The translations under genes and the position numbers were made by a program. From the NCBI GenBank assembly GCA_002633005.1, contig NMRA01000315.1:359799-397660 (forward strand): DNA of 37,862 nucleotides. The letters are read 5' to 3'. This document shows positions 1 to 11,773 of the stretch, in pieces. Origin of the DNA: Phoronis australis. Lineage: Eukaryota > Animalia > Phoronida. The notes beneath the pieces are model-generated. The model had not been told where the DNA came from, ran no database searches, and worked only from the letters and a program-made list of their open reading frames with translations. Numbering within the stretch: the stretch's first letter is position 1; every line of letters starts with the position of its first letter.

Positions 1-775
1 TAAAAGTTTGTTCAAATGGTTTGTAAACTCTGCTCGTCATTTCCAAACTATGAAAATAGACAGTTTTGCAAGACAATTTTCACTAAAGTGCAAAGTTGAG
101 GCAAGATTTTTTATTGCTCAGTCATCAAGACTAACTCTTTAACTGTATGTTCAAAACGTCACATAAGGCTACAAGGTGTTTTATGGCAGTAAGAAGGTCA
201 CAAAAATGGCCACTAAAATTAGCCCCAAAAAGTGGTCTGTGGATTATCTCCCCTGTCTAGCATAAAACTGTTAGATTTTAATAAATGGCACAGAATTATG
301 CACAGTATACGTTGGTTATTTCAGCCACCAAAATATAGCTTTTGATCTATTTTGTATGTTACTCATTTTTGTTGCTGAAAACATGCGATTTTTGAGACGG
401 CTAATATGCCCAATTGTGCCAATTTGTGTTATCATGCTCCAGCGGCGAAATTAGGGGTCATTGAGTGCGCAAAATTTGGCATTTGGGTTTTTGTTAGGAT
501 ACCTACCCATGTACAAAAAATGAAGTTGTTTTAAATTTTGACGTATAGACTGATTTTTGAAAATCTACTGGTTTTTATATGGACTGCCTCTTAAATGTAT
601 GTGTTTAATGTCAACAGTAGTTTCCTGTTTTTAATACGTTTCAATATCAGATCCGCCACTGCCACTCCGGCTTGATTCAGGCTCGCTTGTTTCGTCATAG
701 CCCATTTCCTTTACCTATTGATCGGCTTGGTTTTCTTGTAAAAGACCAGCACCTTCAAAAAGGACATCAGGAACG

Positions 776-1205
776 GGTCATTCGGTATTGAGAGCGGTAC
801 TATCGTTCGTTTTAAATCAGTTTTGGCCGGTACCTCGAATATCTAGTCTAGCTCAAATTTTTGATGGCATACCATGGTTGAGATTTTGGGGGTTTCTGCC
901 GGGCAAAACCCAGAGTGTATTTTGTCTGTCATAGGGGTTTTAGTGATCTGTAACATGTATTGAAACACATGGTATTGGTTTTGTGTGGTACCTCGAATGT
1001 ATGTGCTAGCTCATTTTTGGGGGATCCTTTTTTGGTTTCTGCTGGATCCATTCTAGAGTGCAATATTTCTTTGTCATGGGTCATTCCGTGTTCAGTGCTG
1101 TGCTATTGTTTGTTTTAAATCAGTTTTGGTTGGTACTTCGAATATCTAGTCTAGCTCATTTTTGGGCCCTTTGTAAGGCCCCCATGGGTCACACCCAGAG
1201 TGCAG
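776..1205. repeat. Degenerate direct repeat, ~302-bp period with ~150-bp sub-periodicity
   Basis: gggtcattc...gttttaaatcagttttgg..ggtac(c/t)tcgaatatctagtctagctca occurs at ~776-855 and ~1078-1158; a diverged ggtacctcgaat..ctagctca copy lies at ~987-1012; acccagagtg recurs at ~908 and ~1193. Confidence 0.7.
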
Positions 1206-1821
1206 ACAACGGCAGACGTCCATTTCTGTACATACTGAGGTGGACTCTAAATGCTCCCGTGGTCAGATGTTGGAACATGTACCTCGTTCATCTATGCTTA
1301 GTGCTCTGGGCTGCCGGTCTAAGATCTGTACCGGAAAGAAAGAATGCAATCCCGCTGACAAGTACGCTGCGTCTGTTGTCAAATCCAGACCCGCGTAGTG
1401 GGGCACATCCCAGCAAAACTTTTGTGTTCTTTTTGAATCGCGGCGTAAGGTTGAAGTGTATACGGACATAACGGTGAGGCTCGTGGACTACAAATTCAGG
1501 ATTGTCGTATTTTTCAATTGATAAATTGGAGACGTGTAGATAAGGCATTTTTCGCATGTAGTTTATGGGCTGGGGGCTTAGTTTAGCGAAGTTACTTATT
1601 GGGGCACTAATTGGGGGCATGGGCATTTATTAGGGTGAATAGCGGCAGAATTACATACAGCAGCGTAGTTAAATGCACACAAATCACACGTCGTGAAAAC
1701 CATTGCACATACCTTAATCAATCCCAATAGCCTTTGCGCACCCTAATTTCCGGACATGCGCAATCGTTAAATCGATTCTGTTGCAACTCCGCTATTAGAA
1801 GCTTGTAGGTCCTTACCGCAA

Positions 1822-2060
1822 CCATCATGTTTCATCATCATATACGTCATGGTCATCGTCACCATCATCGTCGTCATGGCTCTCATCATCGTCGTTATCA
1901 TCATCGCTAGTCTCTTCATCAAGGCCATTAATATCCTTATCGTCACAATCTCCATCACAATCATCACCATCAACACCACGTTTATCACCATTATCACCAT
2001 CCTGTTCTCTTTGCATTGTCACCATCTTCATCATAATCATAATCGACGTTGTCATCACTG
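1822..2060. repeat. Degenerate (CAT/ATC)n trinucleotide low-complexity tract
   Basis: Runs of catcatc/accatc/gtcatc. This explains the overlapping Asp-rich, Met-rich and Ile-rich ORFs in the track. Confidence 0.8.
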
Positions 2061-3477
2061 TTTTGCTTTGCATATTTTTTGTGGAAGCTATCATTTAATT
2101 CTGTTTGGACTGCATGCGCGCACCCAGGGGGGAATTTGCACTGTAACTATATACAAAAAGACTTTCCTTACACAGTGGTAGTGGAAGTCTTGTTATTCGG
2201 CATATAGTACAGTCCGTGATTCCATTGTTTATCACTTTTTAGCGCTCAATTCACTGGTTGTGCAATTGAAGGATTGTGGGGCGAGACAATCACAATTATC
2301 GGCTCCCCCCATTGTTAAATATGTTATTGATTTGATTGATCGCACGCGTACAAATGACGCACTAGTTTTTAAGCTCGAGCTTCTACACAGGGTATATTTT
2401 TCTACGTTGTGACTGATAGTTACAATACCTAGTCTGTTTTCTGGGTGACAGTATAGTATACCTTTTCTCCAATCCCCTATCCCAAGCTTTTTTTAATAAA
2501 ATCGGACATGTCCGAGGTGCGCCAGGAGAAATAGATCGTACCTTTCTGCTACTAGTTCACACAACGACGGTTTCAATATTGCACGTAATATCCACTAAAA
2601 TTCCAACCATTAATTTCAAGAAGATTCCACGGCTTTTGAATGTTTAATTTTCGGCAAAAAGTCAGTCAACGGATGGCTTAGCCTATTTCACGAAAATGGC
2701 TAAGTCTGAAAGTAACAAGTCCGTAAACTTCATTAGACAGAAGACAAAACGTTTATAGAAAAAAAAAATGACAAACCAACTTTTGCCTATAGTTAGACAC
2801 ATTTTTACTAAAGTCAAAAGACAAAAGCCAGTAGCCTAGTCTTGTCGAGAAAAAAGCACCCTGACCTCCGTTCCGTAGACATGAGTACCTCGTGAAAACG
2901 TGCACAAAGTCGAGCGAGACTTCGCGAGACACAGAGGCTGCCATGCATTACAACGAAGCAATGATCATACTAACTTCCTTAGTGCGGAACACACTACCGC
3001 TAAAGGTTGACACTTTCTTTGTATTCTCACAGGATCCCACTGATGACATTGTAATGTAATGTAGCCAGCTCATTATCACCAGTCATTGGAACTTAAAAGT
3101 ACACAGTCGATTTTACGGTTGAAAACGCCTTTTGGGGGTTGGGTTGACTTTTAGAAGCGGGGTTATTAGCTTTGATCAGAACCAAGAAAGAGCAAAATTT
3201 GCTGTGTTCTGATGATTTTACTATATATCGCCGATCAAGTAAGCTTACTTTATTTATACAACGTTGTTGAATATTTGAATGCATATCATCTGCATTGATA
3301 GCAAAAATATTGAAAAACAGATAAAATTTATGTTGTTGTTTTTCTGTCCAATGAAAATGATCAAAGCACGCGTTATTTACAGAACTCGTTTGAAATTGTA
3401 GTTTGATAAGTTGTCGAAACTGGCTCAAAGATTGAAGCTGAAAAAATCAGAGGCCAGACTATTCCAGGTATCCAGAG

Positions 3478-3487
3478 ATGGCTACAG
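3478..3487 (+). CDS. Candidate start-codon exon segment (M-A-T, phase 1) for the lectin gene
   Basis: ATG GCT ACA G|gtgggt, with an in-frame upstream TGA at 3439 and an acceptor-like tttacag at ~3382. The phase-1 end fits the phase-1 start of exon 4789. Speculative. Confidence 0.25.
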
Positions 3488-4788
3488 GTGGGTTGTGTGT
3501 GACCCGGCTGTGCACACGGGCCCGTAGCGCGAAAAATGCCGAGGCCTAGCATACCCGTTACGGATACGATGTAGATGAATAACAAGAACAAATTGTTGCA
3601 GTCATTACTGGTACTAATGACTTCAATAATAATCAAGTTGGTTATAATTTCGAATTTGCTTCTGATTCAAAGCACTTTACGTAGTCATTTCGTTCAGCAC
3701 CTAGCTAAGTCGCCAAAAAGCTCGATCGATCTGTGTTTACGTAGACGACAAGAATGTGTAGACCATTATAGGACGCTTTATATTATTGACAATCGCAACC
3801 GACCACCATGTTGAACGTGTGTGGAGACTACATCATAGGGTAACAAGGACCTGATTATATCTATGTAGCAGCGAGAGCTCCCAAAAAGTTGCGTGTGAAT
3901 GCACAAAACAACCGAAATAGCCGTCTTACGACGAGAAAAATCTTGTCACAATCAGGTGCTCTCATTGAACATACATGGCAATATCTCGCAGCATAATCGC
4001 GCAGTCTTGCTTTTCCAGCGAGGTCCTAGTTATTGAACCCTTCCCTGAACTTTCGTCTAAATTTTTTAAAACTTCCCGCTTGTAAGCAGTAAAGGTTTGA
4101 GAGAAGCCACGACTGAGCAAGAAGTGGACCACAGGGTCAACAACTGGCTACCTTTCAGTCAAAGTAGATTAAAAAAATGAAGGAAATGATATTTGTAGCC
4201 TTCACATGCTGCACAAAACTCAAAATGCTCTGCCAACCCTGCAGGCGCCAATATTTCATGAAAGTAAGGAAGATAGGTTCAACCTTGGATAAAAAAAAAA
4301 ACTACTGAGTGCCGCCTTAAATTCGGTCGCGGTAAACGTGGACTAACAGAATTGAATGCAACCGGGGTTCTTACGGAGGTGGCGTGTAAGAACTTGCGCC
4401 GCTCTGACAGATGGCCAGTTATTCATTTCCAATTTACGAAAGGGTGTTTTTCCGATTTCATTTCCTACGACTCTCCACTTTATGGGTATGAAGCCCCAAA
4501 AAGAGCAATGCTTGCGCCACAGCTGTACAGGAGGAAGTCATATTGACTGTTCGTTGGGTTAAAGTGCCACCGTAGCGTCAATCGTTTTTGTTAAATTCCA
4601 GTTTGTTAAAACAAATTTGTTTAAGAAAACCTGATGACATTTTCGTAGATGAAGTGTTTCTTTTTTATTGCTGAGCCCCTAGAATAGTAAGATTTTATTG
4701 TAGGCTGGAATTTCAGAACAATGAAGTACCCCGCAAGAGCGGAAAAATAGAGCGCAGAGATTTGTAAAATTTATCGTTTCCGTTTCAG

Positions 4789-4957
4789 TCTGCCCCAGTT
4801 CCGCGTGGTCATTGGTTGGTGGAATTTGCTACTACAAGGACACAACGCAAAGAACATGGGAAGATGCCAAGTATAACTGCTACACCGTTGGAGGTCATTT
4901 GGCCGATATACCTCATGCAGGCGTGCAAGCATACATGAAAGTTTTCGTAACCTCAAC
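4789..4957 (+). CDS. C-type lectin domain gene, exon A (N-terminal half of CTLD)
   Basis: Acceptor tttccgtttcag|, donor |gtaggt. Translates CPSSAWSLVGGICYYKDTTQRTWEDAKYNCYTVGGHLADIPHAGVQAYMKVFVTS(T), the classic CTLD start (CP..W....CY....TW.DA...C...GGHLA.I). Missed by the ORF track. Confidence 0.9.
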
Positions 4958-5350
4958 GTAGGTGTACTAGATCATCCCGTGCATTAGACCCAGGAATCTA
5001 TGTCCCCATTCACTGTTGGCGCAGCAAGTAGGCCTATTCAAATCAACGAGATGCTAGTTGTCTCATTTCTTCATATCTTGCCTTGTGCTGCCAGTGTGAG
5101 CTTTCTGGCTAGCTTCCAGTTCTACTGAGGCAGCTAAGCTCTGAGTACTCTGTCTGCCCTAATCATACATGCCGATTTACAGTATAGCATTACTCGGTAG
5201 GAGTTTTAAACTTTTTCCAGATTTAAGATTGAAGGTCGGATACAGTTCACTTTTCGGCCATCCAAATGGTACCAGTACTCTTAATGAATATATGATACAG
5301 GATAAAACTTTGTTTAGCGTCATTTTAACAGAAATCCGTTGCATTTGAAG

Positions 5351-5558
5351 GTCGTGGATTGGCTTATCGGATGTTGAAAGCGAAGGCACGTGGAAAAATG
5401 TCGATGGAGCAGGAAATACTTACTCCAATTTCCCAGCAGGCGGACCGAATGGCGGCACAAACGAAAATTGTCTCACCTTCGTGCCATCTAGTAACCACGA
5501 ATGGCACGATACTCCGTGTTCTACGTCCTTACCCTCCATCTGTCAGTACCCGTCTCCG
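5351..5558 (+). CDS. C-type lectin domain gene, exon B (C-terminal half of CTLD)
   Basis: Acceptor catttgaag|, donor |gtatga. The phase-2 join AC|G gives Thr. Translates SWIGLSDVESEGTWKNVDGAGNTYSNFPAGGPNGGTNENCLTFVPSSNHEWHDTPCSTSLPSICQYPSP, with WIGL, ENC, W.D.PC and ICQ motifs. Confidence 0.9.
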
Positions 5559-5586
5559 GTATGATAATTTAACAATGGGTTTCATG

Positions 5587-5742
5587 CAGTGCTGTAGTGG
5601 TAAAATTAGAGGTAAGTAGGCGCCCAAAGCCCACTGTATCACCTTGAACACTGAACGTAATTTACGGTGAGTAGGCGCTACGTTCGAATACCAAAAGATG
5701 GTTGGCTGCGCCTACGTGCGCCTACGCCCCACTACAGCGCTG
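5587..5742. mobile_element. hAT-type MITE (156 bp) with 14-bp TIRs and 8-bp TSD
   Basis: Left TIR cagtgctgtagtgg and right TIR ccactacagcgctg (1 mismatch). Perfect 8-bp flanking duplication gtttcatg at 5579-5586 and 5743-5750. Internal gtaggcgc/gcgcctac subterminal repeats. An 8-bp TSD with CAG ends is typical of hAT. Confidence 0.85.
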
Positions 5743-6399
5743 GTTTCATGGTTTCGAGTAAGCTAGGCATACAATCCCTAGTGTTAACGTTGATATTGAG
5801 CTGAGCACGGCGGTTCACGTTATTGAAACTTTGCTAAGAAGAATTGAGTAAAGGTTGTCATGATAACCAGGTACTGTCACGGTCAAGGTCACCAATGTTA
5901 GACTTGGTGACAGTCATGTTCAAAAGCAGGCAACCATGCATGCTTAATGCATTTTAGTGACCCTCCTTGAAACTTACGGGAATTGCCAAGCTCGAACATG
6001 TTCTCAGGTACACCAACTGAGTGATAATGGCATCATAAAGATAGGTGTATTATGTCTAGCATATGAACTTCATGTTTTCCTCAAATGCCTTTTTCTTATG
6101 GGCGCTCTAGATTACGTTATAGTAGCATCACCAATGTTGACTAGGTTTGTAATTTCATAAATAATCCACCAGTCTTTGCTAGTTGGTGGGGAGAGAAAAT
6201 TGTGTCAACCGTTAGGGTAGCTTAAAAACAGTAGCGACCGGAAGCAGATGAAAATTGAGAAGCAACTGCTGGCCACGTCTTAATCCTGCACTGCTGACAT
6301 GCTCTAGTTCAACCGAAACGTTGTATGCAACTTAAGCTCGACCTGTCGGGCTACAGGTGCCGATGAGTTGCATAAATATGAGCACAGCCCCAGAAACCG

Positions 6400-6587
6400 C
6401 TTTCGCGTTCTATCCAGGTTCTCATTCACTCCCTTGCACACATTCAGAAATAAAACCAAACTCAGAGGAATAGGATACACTGTACATCTTTGTGCAATGC
6501 TAGAATGTCAGCCAGTGAAGTCAGGATTTGAACCCAGGTCCTTCAAGCAGGATTCCGGAGCTGTAATCACTGAGCCACACTGTCTCC
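6400..6587 (-). mobile_element. tRNA-derived SINE (5' head clear, 3' boundary uncertain)
   Basis: Minus strand reads GGAGACAGTGTGGCTCAGTGATT...GGGTTCAAATCCTGAC: Pol III A-box-like TGGCTCAGTG and B-box GGTTCAAATCC at tRNA-like spacing, without an intact cloverleaf. Confidence 0.6.
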
Positions 6588-6970
6588 TCTCGGATGAATT
6601 GAATTCTACATCCGATTACAAAGTCATAGGACTAATGGAGTGTGTAGTCAGGGCATCGGTGTTGTCTGAAGTGTTAACGATATACCCTCGTTTTTAAGGC
6701 CGAAAAGTGCATTTTTGAATTTTTGTTGAAGGGGGATATACTTAATGAAGCCATTAGATTTCATGGAAGCAGAAACACAACACAATCCGTAGTATTTTGG
6801 GATAAAAATGGGAATTCTCGACTGCCAGTAGTACGCTGGAATCGAAGCCCGAGACTTTATAAATTCGATATGCTTAAAAGGCTGCCGAGTGGGCATAGCT
6901 CTCTCGGTGAGCACAGTTGAGAACCAACCTTTTTAGCCTAAACATTGAGGTGATGTTTTGTATTTTTCAG

Positions 6971-6989
6971 GGCGGAAATGTTCTAACAC
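6971..6989 (+). CDS. 19-nt microexon of the lectin gene (GGNVLT-P)
   Basis: Strong sites ttttgtatttttcag|GGCGGAAATGTTCTAACAC|gtaagt. Its phase 0 start and phase 1 end exactly reconcile the frames of exon 5351-5558 and exon 10332-10627. Confidence 0.7.
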
Positions 6990-9605
6990 GTAAGTGATTT
7001 GTTCTCCTTGTCTGAATTCGTTTGGAACAAGATTCGACTTTGATCGGTTGCGTTTCGCTGGAGATTTGAGATTTCTATACTTTGATAGGATTTTTAGACA
7101 TAATCAACGTCACCGGTCGACTTGTAAAAGATCATATATTTTTTGCCTTTTGCATAATTCCAGAGTTGCAAAACGGATGTCAATCACGAATAAGACCTGA
7201 AATTTCAAACGGATTGTGGTTTATTCCACACCGCGTTCATTGGGCATGTGTTAGTTTTAAATTTGGTATTGTACAACTGTGTGACTGTAAAAGTAAATTC
7301 GAATGCCCAACCCCAATAACTTCTGAATTGTTTTGTTGACTTGTCGATGGTTTCGATGCTTGGCTTATTAGTAACGGGGCAAGACATGTTACGAAACAGA
7401 GAGTAAATGGTCTAGTAATTCTATGTTCATTTATACACCTTATTCACGCAGACAAGAAACGCACTCCAAAACGAGGCTCACTACCGTTGTTCCGTTAAAT
7501 GGCTAATCGGCATTATTTGTGTTCCGCGTTGCGCGAACAGTGATAGAAAAAATACGGACATTCAAATGTCTTTTTACAATCATTAATGACGTTGAGATTC
7601 CCTAATCGTTGAGTCGTTGCCATACGCCGCTACGCAGGAAATGTTTTCGAGTAAAATTCATAAAATTTTAGAAAGTTTGCTCACATTTTGTCGCATCTCG
7701 GTTGCCGAGTGTCGATTACAACGCCCGGTAAATCTTCGGCCAGCCAGGCTGTGTTTTCAAGACTACGAGGTGAAACATCACGCATTTCTCTCCAAAAAGG
7801 ACAAGGTCCTCAATCCCTCGATTTTGTTGCCGAGTATCGGCCCTGTTCTCCTCTCAAAATATTGAAAAATCACGCGAAATTCCCCCACGAGGCCTAAAAA
7901 TTCCCCTAAAGTGAATAAAAGTTTCTCCTCGAAGTACAAATTACCTGTAACTACACAGGTGACAATTTGAAAGAACACAAAATGCTACTTGAAATAGAAC
8001 CTATGAGACCTTGCAACAGGGCAGGGTGCTATTGATGGTGATCGGGAGGTGGAATTTCCCCCTCAATCGGCGAAAAAATTACCCTCTCAGAAGGCACAAG
8101 CACCGTTCTTCCCGGATGAACGAGGCAACTGAAGAAACATACTAACTATGCTTGCTCTGTCCAGTTAACTGAAACTGAGCTAAACGGAATGGGTGATTCT
8201 TTTAGGTTATGCTTTCGACGAATGAACTACATGTACATGTAGGTGTTTACATTTTAAAATTCAACATGGTCTAGATTGATATTTGAGACCCTGACACATG
8301 AAAGAATTATCAAAACCAAGAAAGAAGAATTGATGGTCAAATAATTTTCATTTTCCATTACCAGCCTGTTTTTTATTTTAACCAACATATATTTAATAAT
8401 GTCAATCATTCTTACAGATTAATGACAAATGAAGTGTTAGTCCCGGTATTCCCTACCACACTACCGGCAGGACACAAGATGAGCTCGATGTTAATATTCT
8501 TGATAAGCAAATTAAACCAGATGTGACTTGCACATGACAGCAAAATGCGATGAGCCACGACTGTTAAATATATCTTCAACTTGTCAAAAATACGAGCAGA
8601 TGACCTGGTTCGTGTAGAAAGCACTTTTATCAACAGTTTACAAGAAACGTAACCCTGCATCAGTGTATACGTACCCAATCCGTAGCACGATCGCCGCAAT
8701 TTGGTCATATTTACTTTTCATGTTTCGAGCCTAGTTTTCCGAAAAAAATTATACCCTTTCTTCAGACAACTCTTTGTGCATTGACTTGATCTCTAACGTA
8801 TTTTTCTAAGTCTCTGTAGTTAATTATTGACACATTTTAAAAATTCAATATCCTCGTTTGGACTCGAAAGACCAGCTATTTAACTCACGCAATGTCAACG
8901 TCCGTGTTGTTTAGGAGGCACAGAACAGTTCTCACAGGGGTTTGCCTATCAGAACACACGTCAATGGACTCTTCACCCTATTTCACTCGAACTATCAAAA
9001 ACTGCATGCAAATAAAGAAAGGTTTTTAGTCATTTCGCATCACAAGCTCTACAGATGAGCACAGAAACTTTATTCGCTCTTGTATTTTTGACCCTTTCAC
9101 TCCCACTGAAAACCAAGCTAGGCTAATAAAAATAAGGACAAAAACTGCAAAATCGGCACTTTTCACCCCCAAACCACCCCTTCCCTGCCAATGCTCCAGT
9201 AAAGCCAACATTAGGTTCCGAAAGCAAATTTCCTACTGATTCCAAAAATTTGGTCGAAAGGTACTGTCAACCAACTAGTTATTTGCAAATCTGGCTTGTT
9301 TGAGGGCTACCTGAAATCGCGGCGAGTTTCTCAGTTGCTACACAGTAATTCACAATTGCAAGAAGGGGCCACCATCTTGAAGAAGAGTGCAGCTACAGCA
9401 AAGAAAGTGGCGTTTTTTATTCTCAGCACGTTCACAAATACAAGCAAACCACATTCACTTGGTCTACATACAATATCTAACTAAAAATGCCCCAAGCCTG
9501 GCTTATCCCTATATTTTAATATTTGTCCGCGGCCGCAGCCAAACTGTTCAGTGCCACCTTCGCGAAGTGAGCCTCGGTTTGGATTTTAATGTCCGCCGCA
9601 TGAAT

Positions 9606-9660
9606 CTCGCTGGTTCCCTGCGTGCCTAGCCAGCACGCAGGTATCACGCAGTGGCACGCG
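9606..9660. repeat. Truncated copy of the small palindromic element at 14837-14913
   Basis: ctcgctggttccctgcgtgcctagccagcac matches the reverse complement of 14883-14913 with one mismatch. Confidence 0.7.
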
Positions 9661-10331
9661 CTTTAGCTTTGGTTGATGTAACCTCAGCAGTCATTGGTAA
9701 GGTTTCTAACACCGACGGTGAAAAAATGTCGGACTGTGAACGATTTTTAGTCAATCATGCAAGTTGCGTCACATCAACTATTTCGTTTCTGCAGCGGTGT
9801 TTAATAGCCGCGTGCTTAAAGCACATACGCGTACAATAAAGACATATCTGGCTGATTTAACCGGTGTGTTATTCATACTGCATGAATACAGGACAGTATC
9901 GTAAACAAAAGCCATCGACAGTAGAAAGCTGTACTCCGAAAGTGCGCATCCACAATTTGTACGATTCACATTTCCTGAACAATAAACTTAAGTATCAGTT
10001 TGCCTGTACAGCAGACCACATTTACACAGTCCCTCAGTCAAGTTTAAGTGAAATAAAAAGAACACGTTTAGATAAGATTTAAACAGGCCGTGTCATTCGC
10101 ACATCGATTGTCTTTTTAGTCCATGGTCTACATAACTATCTTTAACTGAGATTATTCGCAATCCATACTATAATTAGTTTGCACGTCTGCCTGACTGGAT
10201 GTCTACCTGTCTGTCTGTCTGTGCGCCTCTATAAGTTTTGTGCTTCTTTGCCTTGTATTTTCTTGTACTGTTTTATTTTGTGGCCATTCATTGTTCAATA
10301 GACCAATAATATTTGTCCCTGTTTATTGCAG

Positions 10332-10627
10332 CCACAACTACGCCACTGCCGACGACGACGCTAAGTTATTGTGACGCAAACTATCCTGGGTCGTCCATCG
10401 ATGTCAATCTGCTTCTGGCGTCGGACACAGGTTTCTATAAAAACGAAGGGAGTGGGCATTTCAGACTAGTCAGCGATCTCCCGTTTGGCACGAGTGAAAT
10501 AGCGTCGTATACAGTGTCAAACGACATTACGTGCCTCGGTCAATGCCTTAAGAATTCTTGCTGTGAATACGTACTGTATGCGGAAGGAGAAGAAAATTGT
10601 CTTCTCATTCGAAACACTTCTGAATAG
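10332..10627 (+). CDS. Terminal exon: Thr/Pro linker plus PAN/apple-like domain (probably of the lectin gene)
   Basis: Acceptor tccctgtttattgcag|, stop TAG at 10625-10627. Translates TTTPLPTTTLSYCDANYPG...SYTVSNDITCLGQCLKNSCCEYVLYAEGEENCLLIRNTSE*. The C-x3-C-x4/5-C...Y...C-x-L spacing is PAN/apple-like. Confidence 0.75.
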
Positions 10628-10763
10628 AATTGTTAGGGTGCACCAAGTAGCGCATCACTTGAGTGGTACGAACAGGGTCCAACTACATGTCAAAACACAT
10701 ATTCACTCTGTCAGAATGGACATACATGTATGGTCCTTGGTCTGTTGTCTTTCCTCACAGTTG

Positions 10764-10769
10764 AATAAA
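10764..10769 (+). promoter_or_regulatory. Candidate polyadenylation signal of the lectin-PAN gene
   Basis: AATAAA ~137 nt after the stop codon. Confidence 0.5.
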
Positions 10770-11773
10770 TTGACAAAAGCGCAAATTTGCGTCAAGAGTT
10801 TTAAAAGTTGCTCCAAACTTTTGAGACTTGACAAGGGTTACAGGCTATTGCTTTGTTTTAGGAAGCCGGATGGGAAAGTCATTGTTAGCATCTGGTTGAC
10901 TGACAATTAGAAAAAACAGTTAAAGCCGCATTTTGCCCCGTTTAGCTGGCTAGTTCGAAATGAAATATCGAATTCTTAACAGAAGTGCTTGAGAGTTTGA
11001 CGACATTACCTAAAATAGCTTGTCCTATCATGAACCATTGCTTCCCAAGTCAACCGGCAACTCAAGTCAGAATCAATGCCACTTTCAATTTTTAACCCGG
11101 TAAACAGGGCAAAACACCGCTTAAAGCGCCTCCTTGAGCATTTCACGCACAAATATCGTGCGTATAACGTTAACAATACAGACTTTGACAGAACTCTGTC
11201 ATATTCTGTCAAACGATAACGAATTTATGTGATAGTTTAGTCGAGCTTCTGGTAAAATAAAATATCACTTTTGTCGAAATTAATTTAGTTTCTGCGGCTA
11301 GCCGCCAAGTGTTAATTTTGTAAACGATCTTCAAAGTTACCTAGTAAGTTGTCTCGATTTCGCAAAAATTGGCACGAGTCTTAGACACGGATATCAAGTC
11401 GCAGCTTTGTGAGTAGAAACTTTGTATTGTATCGACGTTGTCCAGTTTAACTTGGAAACTATTTTACCTTCAGAGGTGTATCTGCTAATTGGAGGAAGAG
11501 TTCAACCTTGCGCACCAAGATTTATTCTTATAACGAGATCATTTTCATGTGTTTTAACCCACGCTCACTTATCGACAACTATTTAGACTGTAGCATTTCA
11601 GTTAATCAACACTACAAAGAAAATGAAATCTGTCAACACTAAGAGTTATGTAAAAAAAGAGTTCGTTTTCAACCGTGTCAAACTCATAAAGCAAGTCCTT
11701 TCCTTAAGAACGCGTTTCCAGTCAAGCAGCATGGCCGCGGAATTTTCACCATGCGGCTGAGTAATGCTAATTT

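Noticed and set aside
1-594. Right end of a DNA-transposon-like repeat ending ggactgcctcttaa
   Set aside because: The partner terminus would be outside the window, so it cannot be supported here.
1767-2181. Asp-rich, Met-rich and Ile-rich ORFs
   Set aside because: All arise from one degenerate (CAT)n tract read in different frames; no splice or domain support.
6510-6587. Possible tRNA gene
   Set aside because: A and B boxes are present but acceptor and anticodon stems do not pair convincingly; better explained as a SINE head.
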